A DNA stretch of 64,000 nt from Octopus vulgaris (GCA_951406725.2 OX597826.1:11222001-11286000); one strand, 5' to 3'. Numbered from the stretch's first letter, positions 41,279-59,326 are shown. The notes: generated from the letters alone by a model not told the origin. A program made the numbers and translations.

Positions 41279-41474
41279 CTCTCTCTTTTTACTCTTTTAC
41301 TTGTGTCAGTCATTTGACTGCGGCCATGCTGGAGCACCGCCTTTAGTCGAGCAAATCAACCCCGGGACTTATTCTTTGTAAGCCCAGTACTTATTCTATC
41401 GGTTTCTTTTGCCGAACCGCTAAGTGACGGGAACGTAAACACACCAGCATCGGTTGTCAAGCAATGCTAAGGGG

Positions 41475-41541
<67 letters not shown>

Positions 41542-41757
41542 AACATATATATATATACATATATATATATAAACATATATATATATACATATATACGATG
41601 GGCTTCTTTCAGTTTCCATCTACCAAATCCACTCACAAGGCATTGGTCGACCCGGGGCTATAGCAGAAGACACTTGCCCAAGGTGCCACGCAGTGGGACT
41701 GAACCCGGAACCATGTGGTTGGTTAGCAAGCTACTTACCACACAGCCACTCCTGCGC
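41279..41757 (-). mobile_element. SINE family A, full-length
   Basis: Reverse complement of the 52368-52851 type, with internal (CA)n/(TA)n. Confidence 0.88.
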
Positions 41758-41989
41758 ATATATATAAAACAAAATATACATATAAAGTAAACACACACAC
41801 GTAAAGATACACATGTATTTATAAAACACGTTTTATGAGGTATATATATAATAGAATTTTCAATATTTCCTGAAACGTAGGTTATACCGGCAGTAGAGAC
41901 AATGGGAAAAAACCCTGCATTTCTATATCTATATTAAAATGTTCAATTCCTTTTTCTCTGCCAATCTGTGTGTGTGTGTGAGTTGTATG

Positions 41990-42079
<90 letters not shown>

Positions 42080-42191
42080 TCTCCCTCTCTCTCTCACACA
42101 CACACACATTTTATACACGGAGAAAGAGTGTCCACGCCTTTTGGGTATGTTTTTCATGTTCCCTTGTCGTCTTTCCACGTATCTTTTATTC

Positions 42192-42235
<44 letters not shown>

Positions 42236-42375
42236 GTGTCTGTCTATGTATGTGTGTATGTATGTATGTATGTATCTATATATGAATATATTACTGCATG
42301 TGTATACCTGTATAAATATACAAATTCACAGATATCCAAATACATTATATGTATGTCTGTGTGCGTATATATATA

Positions 42376-42427
<52 letters not shown>

Positions 42428-42774
42428 TGTATATACTGTATATATGCGCACGTACATAGATTAAGAATTTATTTTGCTTTAATTCAGGCTCGATAAATAT
42501 ATGTATATTTAACGCAAACAAATAAATCAGCATTTAAAGTTATTAATTAATTTAGGATCGTGCGCAGCATATATTGATGTATTAATATGTTGTATCAATA
42601 TAAAAACAAGTATGCCTGATTATACGCATAAAATATATGTACACAAATGAATATCGTAAGGCTGTGGATAAGTATAGACGATGTTGCGATCACTAGAATT
42701 ATTTAACAAGAAAAAGGAGTAAAAACGCTATCGAAAGTGATAATCGATACTTTATATGGAGGTGTTTATTAATG

Positions 42775-42866
<92 letters not shown>

Positions 42867-42977
42867 TAATAATAATAAATACCGTAATAAATTGTAAGGA
42901 AGTTTAAGAAAATTTAAGGCTCAATTGACTATGCATGTAGGAAGGCATCCATCCATCCATCCATCTGTCCATCCATC

Positions 42978-43175
<198 letters not shown>

Positions 43176-43378
43176 GCACAGATAGGAATACATCTGTAGA
43201 CAAACACACTCATCGCTGAAATTGTTTCCTTTATTGTTTTCATAATAGTTTTTTGAATCATGTTTTTAATATATGAATACATTAATAGTTTGTGGTTTTT
43301 CTATGTATTTAAGTAATGTATTTATGTATACAAGAATGAACGAATTTATACGTGTATTTATTTGTGTGCCTGTGTGCG

Positions 43379-43410
<32 letters not shown>

Positions 43411-43707
43411 TCATATGCCCACTCATTATAGCTATAACAAACATATATATATATTTATGTAGCAAACAACATCTATTAATGTGTTGCTATATTAATGCTT
43501 ATGTCGGTCAATATGCCTGTTTAAAGACCGATTGAATAAAACATTTGCTCAATGTAATATGGAACGTTATTACACCAAAGCACCGTATTATGCGTTATTA
43601 TATTATATCATATAATTAATATATTACATAATATATGGTATAAATTTTCCGATCTATATGTAAGTATACAGGTCTCTTGAGTAACACAGAAATGATTATA
43701 TATGTGA

Positions 43708-43740
<33 letters not shown>

Positions 43741-44092
43741 TAAACAGATCGATAGGTAGAGGGATAGATTGATACATAAATAAGTAGATATATAAATATA
43801 GATATATATGTTGATAAATGTTTATACTGATATATTCATGATGATCATGCTAATATTACTTAATTATGTTACCTCTATATATTCTGGCCCATAAAACAGA
43901 AATTCTTTCATTATATATTAGTTTATAAGATATACAAAGTTATAGGTACACATATATTTATTAAATATGTGTATGATATGCTTGCATAAATATACATGCA
44001 TATACTCATATATATATACACACACACACATATACATAAAAATATAATCACAGAAGTTTGTATATATTTATAGTTGCTTGCTGTGATATTCG

Positions 44093-44186
<94 letters not shown>

Positions 44187-44367
44187 TGTATAGATAGATA
44201 GATACATGCATACATATACATAGATACAGTACGAAATTTTGTCAGTGAACAGGTCGCGGTTTCAAAGCGACGAAAATATTTTGACACAAATTAAATTTAA
44301 ATGTTGAAGGGAATCTGTTTTGTGCGTTCTTAAATGGCTTATAAACATCTTCCACACTGCAATTGAT

Positions 44368-44409
<42 letters not shown>

Positions 44410-44523
44410 TATGCATAGGTGTATAAATACCAATGCATTTCAGATGTACAGAAAGACATACACTACACACACACACACACACACGTTTGTATATGTGTGT
44501 GAGTTACATATTTTGATTTTTAA

Positions 44524-44584
<61 letters not shown>

Positions 44585-45058
44585 AGTATACGAACGTACA
44601 CACACCCACAGATATGTCGAAGAATGTACATGTATACAGAAGTATACATACATATTTGCGTAGGAGAAACAAGAAGTGTCAAACTGATTTACTATATGAT
44701 ATGATTATGAGCAATATTACATAACGTATATATATATATATATATATATATATTCATTTACCAACGCACGCTAAGGTATGTTATTTAATTAACCACATTC
44801 GAATTAAAATAACAGATCAATTATTCTCACATCTGTTACTAAAGGGAATATAAACCATAGTTATTTATTTTATTTTTAGTATTGAATATAAAATGCAGAA
44901 TTTCCTTAAGCCATGTACCTCGGATTTTAAAATATCAAGAGAACGGTAACATATCTCGTTTTTTTGAAGAATTACATGTGAAACTTTAATTTATAATTTC
45001 ATATGTATGTTTGTATATATGTATATACGTCTGAATGTATGCGTATGTATATATTTAC

Positions 45059-45130
<72 letters not shown>

Positions 45131-45298
45131 TTATATTCTCTTTTTTACTGAGCATCATACTAATACATTCCTTGTGTTCTCTTATTGTTTGTCATTGTTA
45201 ATTTTAATCTTCATTTATTCGATTTGACTAATATATATATATATACACATACATACATATGTGTGTCCATATACGTATAACGCTCTCTCTCTCTCTCT

Positions 45299-45366
<68 letters not shown>

Positions 45367-45668
45367 AGTTTCTTGCGTAGTAAACCTTACAATTAAACTT
45401 ATAGTGTTTATAACAGCACTGAACTGAAGTACATGCAAATATAAAGCAAGATCATTCTACTTAAACGTACCCGCAATTCCCCCAGTTGGATCCGAACTCA
45501 GTACGAATGTGTTGAACTAGAATCAGTATCAAAATTGCTCCGTAACTTTCAAATAATTTGACACACTCCTAAAGATATATGTTTCTCTCTTAATGTCACT
45601 CTCAAAAGTATGTGTATCATATATCATTCATTTCTAATACTTTATTAACCGGAGAAAATTTTTCGAGC

Positions 45669-45944
<276 letters not shown>

Positions 45945-46129
45945 GAATAAGTGTGTAGATTTTAGTATGCTTGTATTTGAGCCATTTTTATTAATCTAAA
46001 TATGAAAGATAAAATATTATACGAAAACGAAACTAAACTGAAAGTCAATTATATAATCTTGTGGATGTATCTATATGTGTGTGTTTGTGTGTGTGTATGC
46101 ATGTGCGTGTACCCTACTGAATTTGATTG

Positions 46130-46187
<58 letters not shown>

Positions 46188-46299
46188 TTGGTATATATGT
46201 TATATATATATATATATATATATATCTGATTACAAGTGTGAGGAATTACATTGTAATATACCGTGGAATAATGGTATAAATTTGCTGCGTATATGAATG

Positions 46300-46341
<42 letters not shown>

Positions 46342-47053
46342 CATTCATAAATATATATATATATATATATATATGTAGAATATATATATTTATATAAATA
46401 CACACACATACACACACAAATACCAATATGTATACATGCATATACATATATATATATTTGTACATTACTTTATGTATATGAATATATACGTGTGTGTGAG
46501 TGTGTATAAAATATATAGGTTTATAGCATGCATACATATATACATATATATACACTTGTATATAAGCATGTCTTAGTCTAATTCGATAAGAGAAAATACC
46601 TATTGGTAATGTTATGATATTACTAACCGTTTTGCCAATATTTGCAATTTGTTCTTAAGTACACAAATATAGGTTATTAATTTAGTTTTTATCAAGTATA
46701 ATAGTAACATATTTATAGAAAACATGAATACATGCACTCTCTCACATGCAATGAAATTAACTGCTTTCCTTTATTCTTTGACAAGATGGACGTAATGTCA
46801 CAATCCCAAGCGTTTCATAATTAATATACACATTTGTTGAGCACATTTTGGGAAAAATTCCTGGCTAAGACCAAATATGATGCGTTCCGCAGAGAACTAT
46901 TTGTCTACAAAAATGGAAAGGCATATATATGTCTGCGTCGCTGTGTGTATCAGAATCACACACGCGCGCGCACACGTATACACACATACGCCGCGCACAC
47001 AGACGCGTACACGCACACGCTTCTACACACACATACGTACACGCTTGTGTATG

Positions 47054-47100
<47 letters not shown>

Positions 47101-47220
47101 TGAATATGTGGATCTGTGAACATATGCATATGTATGCATCTGTGTGCATGTCAATATATATATATATAATATATTATATATATATATATATATACATATA
47201 TATATTTATATTTATTTTTA

Positions 47221-47275
<55 letters not shown>

Positions 47276-47450
47276 TCATATATATAAAAATATAAAAATG
47301 AATATAATTATATATATGTATATAAATATATAAATATATAAATATATAGATATATATATATATATATAAATAATATATAAATATATATGAATACATATAA
47401 ATATATATAAATACGCATGAATATATATAAATACATATAAATATATATCA

Positions 47451-47517
<67 letters not shown>

Positions 47518-47582
47518 TATATATACATATATAAATATATATATATATACAAATATATATATATATATATATATACATACAT

Positions 47583-47646
<64 letters not shown>

Positions 47647-48524
47647 CTATCATATATTCAATAGTGGTATTCATTATAGGTATTCTTTTATTAGTTTCTG
47701 AATTAATAAATATATTCTAGTATCAAAGTACCAGTATAAGTTTGCATTAAAACATGTAAGGATAACGATTATTTAATATTTATGGAGTTTTTTCTTTATC
47801 GTTTTGTTTATGAAATAGTGTAATTCGTCTAGAATTAGTTATATTATCAGTATTCCAGTTTGTTTTGTTTTGGAAAAGAATAGAATATAAATGCTTTCAC
47901 TTTTATATTAATAACTGTGGAGGACTGTGGAAATATTTTCTGTATGGACCTCAAGGGCTAGATTGCTATTTACTTAAATAATTTAGAACTTAGTTATCAG
48001 TTTACTTAAAGAATTAGTAATTTACTGATACTGTTTTTGTGCGTAAAATAAATGTGGTTTCTTTGTTTTAATTTAATGAATAGCGTTAGTGTTTAATGCT
48101 TCCTAGAATTAAGATTGAATGAAGATGGTTATAGCTAAGGTATATCTATATATTCTTAAATACATATCTGCATATATATAAATGTATATATATATGTATA
48201 CATAATTATAAATATAAATATACATGCATATATATAAATGTATATATATATACATATATATAAATATATATATATACATATACATATATATATATATATA
48301 CATACATAAGTATATATACATATATATAAATGTATATATATAAGTATATATAAGCATATACATATACAATGATATATATAAATACACATAAGGGGAGAAT
48401 TCACAAAAACAAAAGACGAAGACAGGTGGAGTAGACAACAAACAGATGTATTAGTGTAACATTAGTATACATAAGTATATATATATATATGTATACATAT
48501 ATATAAATGCATATATATATATAA

Positions 48525-48584
<60 letters not shown>

Positions 48585-48804
48585 ATACATATATAAATAA
48601 ATATATAAATAAATATATGTACATAACCATATATAAATATATATATATATACATATATATAAGTATATATATATAAACACATATATATATAAAGGTATGT
48701 ATATAAAATATATAAATATATATAAATGTATATATATAAATATATATATAATATATTTTTATATATAGACATTTATATATATATATATATTTATGTATAT
48801 AAAT

Positions 48805-48848
<44 letters not shown>

Positions 48849-49004
48849 GCTCGACTCTGGCGTTAAGGTCGCTTGAGATAACATCAGGTATCGTATTACA
48901 TCATCATCATCTCGTTTTCTCCTTTCAAAAGTACCATTTTCTTGGGAAGCTAATTCTCCACATTTATACTATCGAATACACTAGCATGAAAATATGTTAA
49001 ATAT

Positions 49005-49049
<45 letters not shown>

Positions 49050-49056
49050 TAACTAC

Positions 49057-49263
49057 GGTTTCAAATTTTTGCCCAAGGCCAGCAACTATGTAGGGGGTAT
49101 AAGCCGATCACATCAAAACCAGTGTTCACCTTATTTTATTAACAACCCAAGGATGAAAAGGAAATTCGACCTCGGTAGTATTTGAAGTCAATACTACAAT
49201 CTGAAGAAATGCCGCTAAGAATTTTGTCCGTTACGGTACCGATTCTGCCAGCTCGCCGTCTTA

Positions 49264-49311
<48 letters not shown>

Positions 49312-49561
49312 GAAGTAGTAATAATAATAATCATACTAATAATAATCCTTTCTACTGGTGGCACAAGTCATCAAATTTGTGTGGAGGGAACTAGTCGATT
49401 ACATCGACCCCAAGTATTTCACTGGTACTTAATTTATTGACTCCGAAAAGATGGAAGTCAAATTCTTCCTCGGCGGAATTTGAACTCAGAACGTTGCAGC
49501 TGACGAAATACCACTAATCATTTCGCCTGGCGCGCTAACGATTCTGCCAGCTCACCGTCTT

Positions 49562-49562
<1 letters not shown>
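49057..49562 (-). mobile_element. Two tandem Meta-domain-type SINEs separated by (TAA)n
   Basis: Ends gattctgccagctcgccgtctta (about 49262) and gattctgccagctcaccgtctta (about 49562). A similar degenerate array lies at 58620-59315. Confidence 0.72.
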
Positions 49563-49617
<55 letters not shown>

Positions 49618-50287
49618 TAATAATAATAATAATCGTAATAATATTACATAGTTGTGAAACGCAATAGGAGTGTATATTCGGACAAAGGTGGAAAGGAGGG
49701 GCGTTAAAAATATGTTGTAAAGGGAATAAAAACAGAAAAACCAATCATATATACATATATATATATATATACACACACACGCACATACATAGGCACTGTG
49801 AGAAGAGAGAGAGAGGAGTAAAGTGAGGGGGAGAGGGAGATATTGCCCCTTATATTAAATGTTATACTTGTTCTTGTTAGATTATTTAAGCAAACTATAT
49901 AAAGTGCGATTGCATTTTTCCAGTCTGTATTAATGAAATATAATGAGAAATCTGTGGACCATGACCTTATGTATCCAAGCGTGACTTGTATACCACCATG
50001 CAATATATATACCACCGACTAGCTAACCAGCTCAATCATCACTTCTTCCCCACCACACGCACACAGCTTATTCTAAATAAACTTAGTAGGGTTGGGTGAT
50101 TTAATGAGTTCATAATGTAATACAGATCAAAGTTTGCTCTTACATTATGCTCTTGCGTACAAATTGGTTAGTAGCTAACAAAACTAAAATTTACATTTAT
50201 GGGACATGTCTCAAGTTGATTGTAGATTAGCTAATAGAATGCCTGATATATGTTATGTACATTAATTCATAAGTTTGTGACTGGCCT

Positions 50288-50422
<135 letters not shown>

Positions 50423-50445
50423 GTCTATCTATCTATATATCTATC

Positions 50446-50599
50446 TTTTTCTCCTTTCTTTTTTTCTATTTATTTTTTTTCCTTTCTACGATCCCTTTTG
50501 ATCGAAAACCTACCCCACTTTTTTTTCTCCCCAAAAAGAAAAGCTCTACTTTGTAATTTGTCCCATCTGTGTCCAGCCCTGTGTGGCTAATAATGAAAC
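50446..50599 (+). mobile_element. Short Tx1/L1-like 3' end within (TATC)n
   Basis: acgatcccttttgatcgaaaacctacc...aaagctctactttgtaatttgtcccatctgtgtccagccctgtgtggctaataatgaaac, with TATC repeats on both sides. Confidence 0.65.
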
Positions 50600-52367
50600 A
50601 TATCTATCTATCTATCTATTTGTTGTGGTGCACCTTAGCACAGTATACAATAATTTCATTATTATTATATACCTTATAAAGAAGGAATAATTTCTCTCGC
50701 TATTTTACTTTGTAGTAGATCAGCGACTTTTACAGAAAAAGGAAATGAAAAAAACTCTACAAGTGAAGGGGAATCTCAAGCATGGTTACTCGATCTCCTA
50801 GAAATAGAATCCAAATGAGTTTTAAATTAAATGCCTCATCGTCTTAAAAAAAAGTTGGGCACGTTCACTGAATAATGTACTCCTAAAAAGCAACATGCGA
50901 TTGTGACGACTGGAAGACCTGTCGTTGATCATTGGCCTGCTTGATGAATGAGAGTAGACTTTTGGTCTAATCAGCAGCAAACACGCCATCTAAAAACTTC
51001 AGCCTCTTGGAACATACATGATGCAAACAATGACATATGAGGCATTATGGGACATTCAACTCTAAAAACGGATTTGCTTTGTTTCAACATGGTTCTGTTC
51101 TATTCGTGATGGCCAAAATAAACAAAATATTTAAAGGAAGCCATGTTGGATCAATGTTGATTATGCATCTGTCCATAGGTAGGCATAGCTTGACATCAAG
51201 TTCATTGCAGGCCTTATTATCAGAATGCAAAATATCGGAGCAGATATCACAAGGCATCTTGCTTTACCCGCTAACACTCCCGTCAACCCATTAGTATTTT
51301 GTATCCACTCTGAAAAGAATGAAGGGTCAAGTTGGTTTCACCGGGATTTGAATTCGGCGTGTAAAGACTCAGAGCAAATATCATGAGATCTATTCAACCT
51401 TTTTATGGCTGCCATTTTGCTGCATTAAAGGCAGTTACACAAAGTCGATATTAGTCGATGTGAACATCAGGGATTTTTGACAAACATAGCACGTCACGAT
51501 CACCTTGGCCTTTCATCCTTCCAAGGTCGATAAACTCTTTACTTTTACCATTCAGTATTGAGGGGAATTTAATGAGTTAATTTCATTCTCCAATAGTGTG
51601 ACCGTGTGTCCAACTTGGAAATTGTTATTACGAACTTTGATATGAACTGAACTTTGAACAATGAGAAGCAAAGTTTAGATATCAAGACCTCTTCTTGTAC
51701 TTATATAGAAATATATGAAGATGGTTAATTACCAGAGATGTTGGTGCGTCGGACAAAATGCCTTGCAATATTGAGCTATGTGCACCCTTTGACGATGTGA
51801 TATGAAATCCCCTCGAGATCAGCTCAGCCTTTCCTAGTCAAACACTGAGATCAATATAATTGACTTAGCCCTCAACCCGCCAACAAACAAAAATAAATAA
51901 ATAAATAAATTTCTGGCCTTGTGCTTCTTTTAGAAATTATTATTGAAACATAAATTGAAAGAGTGATGAATGTCACCAATTTACGGAATAAATATCTTAC
52001 TATTTCTTCCATTTTGTGTCGGAATGTTACACGCAGTGTTGTTGGTATTGTTGTCATTTAACCCCGGGATAAATGCGTTGGAGCAGACCTATGATCAAAA
52101 GTGTTCAAGTTGTCATCATCCCATCTTTGTTTAAATCAAAGATCAACAATTTCTTTTTGTAATGGCCCACCTCTGATTTAATTAAATTTACCCCCAACTC
52201 ACCCCGACATGCATACATATAAACACCCTCAATCACACTGTCATACACGTAAACCTCAATCTCAGGCAATGACTATGCAATCAAAAACTTAAAGCTATCG
52301 TACACAAAAACTCGGGTTCACAAATGCATTAACAACGAAAAGCATTTTAGAAAATGCTCATATCTAA

Positions 52368-52565
52368 TAGGCGCAGGAGTGGCTGTGTGGTAAGTAGCTT
52401 GCTTACCAACCACATGGTTCCGGATTCAGTCCCACTGCATGGCACCTTGGGCAAGTGTCTTCTACTATAGCCTCGGGCCGACCAGAGCCTTGTGAGTGGA
52501 TTTGGTAGACGGAAATTGAAAGAAGCCCGTCGTGTATATGTATATATATGTATATATATATATAT

Positions 52566-52641
<76 letters not shown>

Positions 52642-52851
52642 TTGTGTATCTGTGTTTGTCCTCCCAAAATCGCTTGACCACCGATGCTGGTGTGTTTATG
52701 TCCCCATAAATTAGCGGTTCGGCCAAAGAACTCGATAGATTAAGTACTAGGCTTACAAAAAATAAGTCCTGGGGTCGATTTGCTCGACTAAATGAGTTGC
52801 TCCAGCATGGCCGCAGTCAAATGACTGAAACAATTAAAAGAGCAAAAGAGT
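52368..52851 (+). mobile_element. SINE family A, full-length
   Basis: Head aggcgcaggagtggctgtgtggtaagtagc and tail aaaagagcaaaagagta. Partial or degenerate copies also lie at about 11360-11480, 13110-13480, 24340-24630, 54320-54590, 58125-58276, 61533-61720 and 63040-63105. Confidence 0.88.
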
Positions 52852-54228
52852 ATACCGCAGAAAACACTTCAGGAGCTCACCTGGTTGTCGGTCCCTGTTT
52901 TTAATTAGATGTATGCAGGTACCATTTTATCTTTGATAAATATATTCCTCCTAACCGTTTTCATTTTGGAGGGCAGGGTGAAGGTGTGGTAGTGGAAGGG
53001 ATGAAGGATGTGGTGGTCATGGTTGAAGAGCTTTGGCTGGTAAGTTTATTAATTTATTTGATCGGGCTGTCCAGCTAGATATATTGCGTTACCTGTAGCC
53101 TGGTTTATCTACTCACTAACGTGACTCTTGGGTATCATTGTGAAGTATTCCACGCCCCATCAAAATACTGCCACGCCCTACCGTTAGAAACATTAGTATA
53201 CACACACTTATATGCATATTCCATGGGCTTCCGTTCAGTTTCCTTATACATAACTTCACTCGCAGATGTTAGTCAACTATAAATAGGAAACCAACGAATA
53301 CATTTACCGTGGCCATCATAGGCTCTGTGCACAAGAATATTTATGATGTAAAAGGAATTAGATCATGCACCTAGCTTTTACCAGGAACATATATACCTAA
53401 CGAGATAACTTGGTGGTGTGTTATAACTAATTCCACTTGTTTTAGCATTGAACCTTCTGGGGTTCAATGCTAGTAAATTTTCTTTAAGGTCTTAGGGACG
53501 AAAAGCAACACAAACAGGAATGAAATGGACTGTCGTTGGTTTTCAGGATGAATACTTTGTTGGCAAATCAACTGAACTGTGTTTTAGTTGAACTGGGGTG
53601 TATGTGGGTGCGTAGTCTACAGATCTGTGTATCCTTATCGTTGTCATACAGAATCAGAGTCACACAGAGTGTGTCAAGACTAACCCTTTACATTACTGGA
53701 GTGACGAAGTCTGACAGGGCTGGTCCTTATGTTACAAATACAATCTATCAGACGGGCTTTCAAAATTTCACTCACAAGTTCTATGTCGACCAGACTCTAT
53801 GATAAATGCGCTAACTCAAGATGCTACACAGTGGACTCGGATTCGGTAATTCATAATTGCAAAGCGAACTTGATCCCCTGGCCTTGCTGCTCTCATATAC
53901 AGGTGTACAAAGTAATTAATATGACACCGAAAACGAAAGTAGATCTTGACTTGGATCCCGACTTGGATTAAACTGGTTCCAACTTATATTAAAATGTTAA
54001 TATAAAAACCATTCATTAAAACCTGTTGAGAAACAACCCACCACAGACAGACAGCTTTAATAATTCATGTCAAGGACAGAAAACCATTGCAACCCCACCA
54101 CCACCGCCAAATGCAACACTCTACCGTTAAACAGCATAAACGGTATCAGTGTGTCAGCCATATTAATTATCAGAAGGCAGAGAACACGTCAACACAAATA
54201 TCGAATTACAGAAATATTCTTATATGAG

Positions 54229-54288
<60 letters not shown>

Positions 54289-54895
54289 ACATACATGCAT
54301 ATATACTTATGTATCTATGATCTTTTACTTGTTTCGGTCATTTGACTGTGTCCATGCTGGAGCACCACTTACAAGGATTTTAGTTGAAAGAATCGACCCC
54401 AATATTTATCTCTTTTTAAAGCCTCACATTTATTCTATCGGTCTCTCGGTCTCTCTTGTTGAACCGCTAGGTTATAGAGACGTTAACCGACCAACACCAG
54501 TTGACAAGCAGTGGTAGGGTCCGAACGCAAATACAAACATTCAACGGGTTTCTTTCAATTTCCGTTTATCAGATCCACTCACAAGGCTTTATGTATGTAT
54601 ATATATATATATATATATATATACATACACACACATTTACAAACACACGCACTCATACACATCAGTGTATTCTTAGTTATACATACTTAACTATATATCG
54701 TCACGCGCATATATGTATATATGGTTGTCTCCCCTATCATTTTAAGCTGTAATTAGATAATGATTATTTTCATTATTAAATGTGTATTTATAATTAGTTA
54801 ATTTTTTTTGTTTGTCCTATTGCTCTAATAATGCTATTGACCACTTTTCTATTACTTTTAACTTTCCATGTGGCCGGCCCATTTGTGTATTTTCT

Positions 54896-54964
<69 letters not shown>

Positions 54965-55267
54965 CGCACACAGAGACATATGTATGCATGTTCCATCTTC
55001 GCCGCTCACACACCCACACACACATCTTAGTTGTAGTGTTCTATGCGAAATATCTGGTCAAGGAATTTTCGCATGCAACAGCTTATCGAACAACAGCTTA
55101 CCCAAACGTTTAATTGTTAAGCTGTCGCAAGCGAAACATAACAGCCAAGCATGTAGACAAACGAAACATCAGGCCACTCGTCTCGAATCATTCCATTAAT
55201 AAATAGTCTTTATTCTGTACATTTGATACTGACCAAATTCTTCACATTTCTTATATGAAATTAGCTC

Positions 55268-55374
<107 letters not shown>

Positions 55375-55724
55375 TTATACACACATAAAGACATATACAT
55401 AGAATGTTTTTGGGTGCGCAGTTATACATTTAGATATTCTAAGAAAACAGATACGGCATTTGTGCCTATCACAATAAATACCTAGTTATAACTTCGCGCT
55501 AACATTAATGTTAGATTGATTTCGGTGGGCTATAGGATAAAGAAGCGTCGCCCATTCTGCTCCTTTGAAATTTGCCGTAATCCCAGTGTATTATGTTTAC
55601 CGAAGATATACTCATGTTATTTAACCTACGAAATATTAATTGCTGTTTGGAGCAATTATGGTTTAGCCATTTTGTAATATCTAGAGTATAATATTACAGT
55701 ATAATTAAGTACATGACTGCTTAA

Positions 55725-55807
<83 letters not shown>

Positions 55808-55850
55808 CATACATATATATTATATGCCTCTGTGTGTACACACACGAGTT

Positions 55851-55929
<79 letters not shown>

Positions 55930-55976
55930 ATGTATAGGTATATATGTATATATATATATATAAATAGTATATAAAT

Positions 55977-56179
55977 ATTGTGACCTCGTGTGTACCGTTG
56001 GCGATTTTTTTCCCTCTGTCTTCCCTTCTCTGGATCTTTCCTTCTCCTATGTTTCCGACGAAGAGCTCCGCTCGAAACGTTAAACCCTCCTTCTTTCCTT
56101 CCTTCCTGAGCGTCCAATAATACTATATTTGTTCCACGTCCTCGCGTTGTTGTGTTTTTTCGTGCTTTCTTGTTTGGAT

Positions 56180-56183
<4 letters not shown>
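55977..56183 (+). mobile_element. Short hammerhead-bearing Penelope-like element in (TA)n
   Basis: Contains GUUU-CCGACGA-A-GAGC-ucc-GCUC-GAAAC-GUU-AAAC (56051-56085). The downstream cctgagcgtccaataatac resembles the 45701 and 62840 copies. Confidence 0.65.
56051..56085 (+). ncRNA. Putative ultra-minimal (35-nt) hammerhead ribozyme, core variant CCGACGA
   Basis: Helix I GUUU/AAAC, helix II GAGC/GCUC, GAAA, and a self-complementary AACGUU in place of helix III. Confidence 0.62.
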
Positions 56184-56227
<44 letters not shown>

Positions 56228-56877
56228 AATACATGCATATATACATAGATATATTCACACACACATATATAATCTGAAGAATCAACGACTATAGACCTGT
56301 ATATAATTCTTCATTTAAGTTCTTCTTATTAAGCCTCTAATGTTAGTGTTAACCTATAATGTTCTTTCTGGTTTTCATCAGGAGAATAAAGTAATATTCA
56401 CAAAATAATCGTAACTGACAACCCTACCTTTTTACGTAATATTTTACAAACAGCCATGAGTTAAATTAAGTAAGTTTTATTACTAGGAAAATGCAAACCT
56501 AGAATTGATACAATATAACACACGTGAATTGAAAAAAACCATGAAAATAACCAGAAGAAAATTCTTAGGATATGTAAATTTCAAAATAAACCACTACAGT
56601 AATTTCCGTCGGTCTACTGGAAAACGACTCCTGCCTTCGGCTTCTACTAGAAAATTTACTGTGGACCATGCTACAATAAATAATGTCTATGTCTATGCAG
56701 TTATGTATCTTCGTCTTTACTAATTTGTACTACAGAGTATATGGCCTGTTGAGGTCTGGTTTCATTTTAGTAGTGGTTTGTTTTGATAATTGCTGCTTAA
56801 GAGACTGGTGTTCCTCAGCATGTGTGATACACACACACGTATTTATCTATTTATGTATGTATGTATCTGTCTATCTA

Positions 56878-57009
<132 letters not shown>

Positions 57010-57173
57010 GTGTAAGATGTTACATGTATTTAATATATATTTATTTATGAATACAATATGTGCATTTTATGTTAATATGTTTATATACTTATATGATCAT
57101 ATAAATATGTATATACATATATATATGTGCATATAATAATAATGATGATAATGATAATAATAATAATAATAAT

Positions 57174-57234
<61 letters not shown>

Positions 57235-57240
57235 AATAAT

Positions 57241-57307
<67 letters not shown>

Positions 57308-57607
57308 CATACATACATACATACAGTACGTAAAATATCACTTGTATTTCTATATTCCGTAAATCCATAAATATTCCGTTTTCGGATAAAAATTATCCAT
57401 TCTAGTACTTGGGAGACTGATACCTGTATGGACTGATATTAGACATTATATTCTCAGACATAAGCATATAATATATAATTGTCTTTAAAAATATATGAAG
57501 CCTTTTAATATCACATTCCATTTCATTTCTAAAATGGTTGGCAAAATCCAGGTTCTTTTTAATGACATTTTATTGTTTTGTGTCAAATACTTTCTGTTCG
57601 TAAATAT

Positions 57608-57689
<82 letters not shown>

Positions 57690-57692
57690 TAG

Positions 57693-57724
<32 letters not shown>

Positions 57725-59028
57725 TTGTATATATATATATATATATATATGCACACACACACATATATATATGCATCTATATATATATACATACATAAAT
57801 ATATATATTATATATGTATGCATATATGTATATATATATAGATAGATGCATATATATATATATATATATATTTATGTATGTATATATCAATATATATATA
57901 CATATATATATGTACACGTACACACGCATGCACTCGCACACACCCACACAGACACACACACGCACACACACATATATCAGTGAAAACGTATGCGTGACAA
58001 AATCACCATTTAGTATGCGTAAAATTGAAAACCGTGAGGAGGCGACGTGCTGGAAGAATGGTGTACCACGTCGAAGAAAGTGCTTATTGGCATTCCATCC
58101 GTCGTATATATACATATATATATATACGACGGGCTTCTTTCAGTTTTCCGTCTACCAAGTCCACTCACAAGGCTTTGGTCGGTCCCAGGCTATATTAGAA
58201 GACAGTTGCCCAAGGTGCCGCGCAGTGGGACTAAACCCGGAACCATGTGGTTGGTAAGCAAGCTACTTACCACACACAAATATATATATATATGTATGTA
58301 TAAATAAATGTGCGTGTGTGTGATTTTGTGTGTGTGTGTGTAAATATAATATATAAACATGAGTGTGCGTATATGTGGGAGGGAGAGAGAGAGATAGAGA
58401 GAAAATGAGAACCACATATAGTTGCAAACATTAGGTAATAATATTGTGACCGCACAGTGTCAAATTCCTAAATATAGTTAATAAATATGTATTTTATTAT
58501 TATTATTATTATTTACAATCCAACACTGCTGAGTACATAATACAATATAATTGGTTTCTGACATTAATAACAAACGACAACAACAGAACTAATAACAAGA
58601 ACAATATTAATAATATTTCATTCAAAGTTTGGTTCATGGCCAACAATTTAACGGGAAAGGGCGAGTCGGTTACATCAAGCCTAGTACTGATTCATGCTTA
58701 TTTTATCGATCCCTATTTGATGAAGAGCAAAGTTAACTTCGGTGGCATTTCAGCTCGGAACGTAAATAGCCGGAAGAAATGCCGGTAATCATCTTGTCCG
58801 ACGTGCTAATGATATAACAAAAGCATAAATAATTCTCTCGAACTGCCAGCATTTTTGAGGGGCGGGGCAACTCAGTTACATCGATCGCACTACTTTACTG
58901 GTACCTAATAGCATTGATTTAAAAGGATGAAATCAAGTTGAACTCTTTGGGATTTGAAATGAGGAATTAAAGAATCAGGAAAAATAATCTTAAGTCAGAC
59001 GCGCCGACGATTCTGCCAGCTTGTTGTC

Positions 59029-59134
<106 letters not shown>

Positions 59135-59326
59135 TAATAATAATAATAATAATAATCTTTTCTACTAAAGGCACGAGGCTTGAAATTTGTGGTGAGGGGA
59201 CTGGACTAGTCGATTACATCGACCCCAGTGTTTCACTGGTACTTAATTTATCGACCCCGAAAGGAGGAAAGGCAAAGTCGACTTCGGCGGAATTAACGAT
59301 TTTGCCAGCTCCCCACCGTAATAATG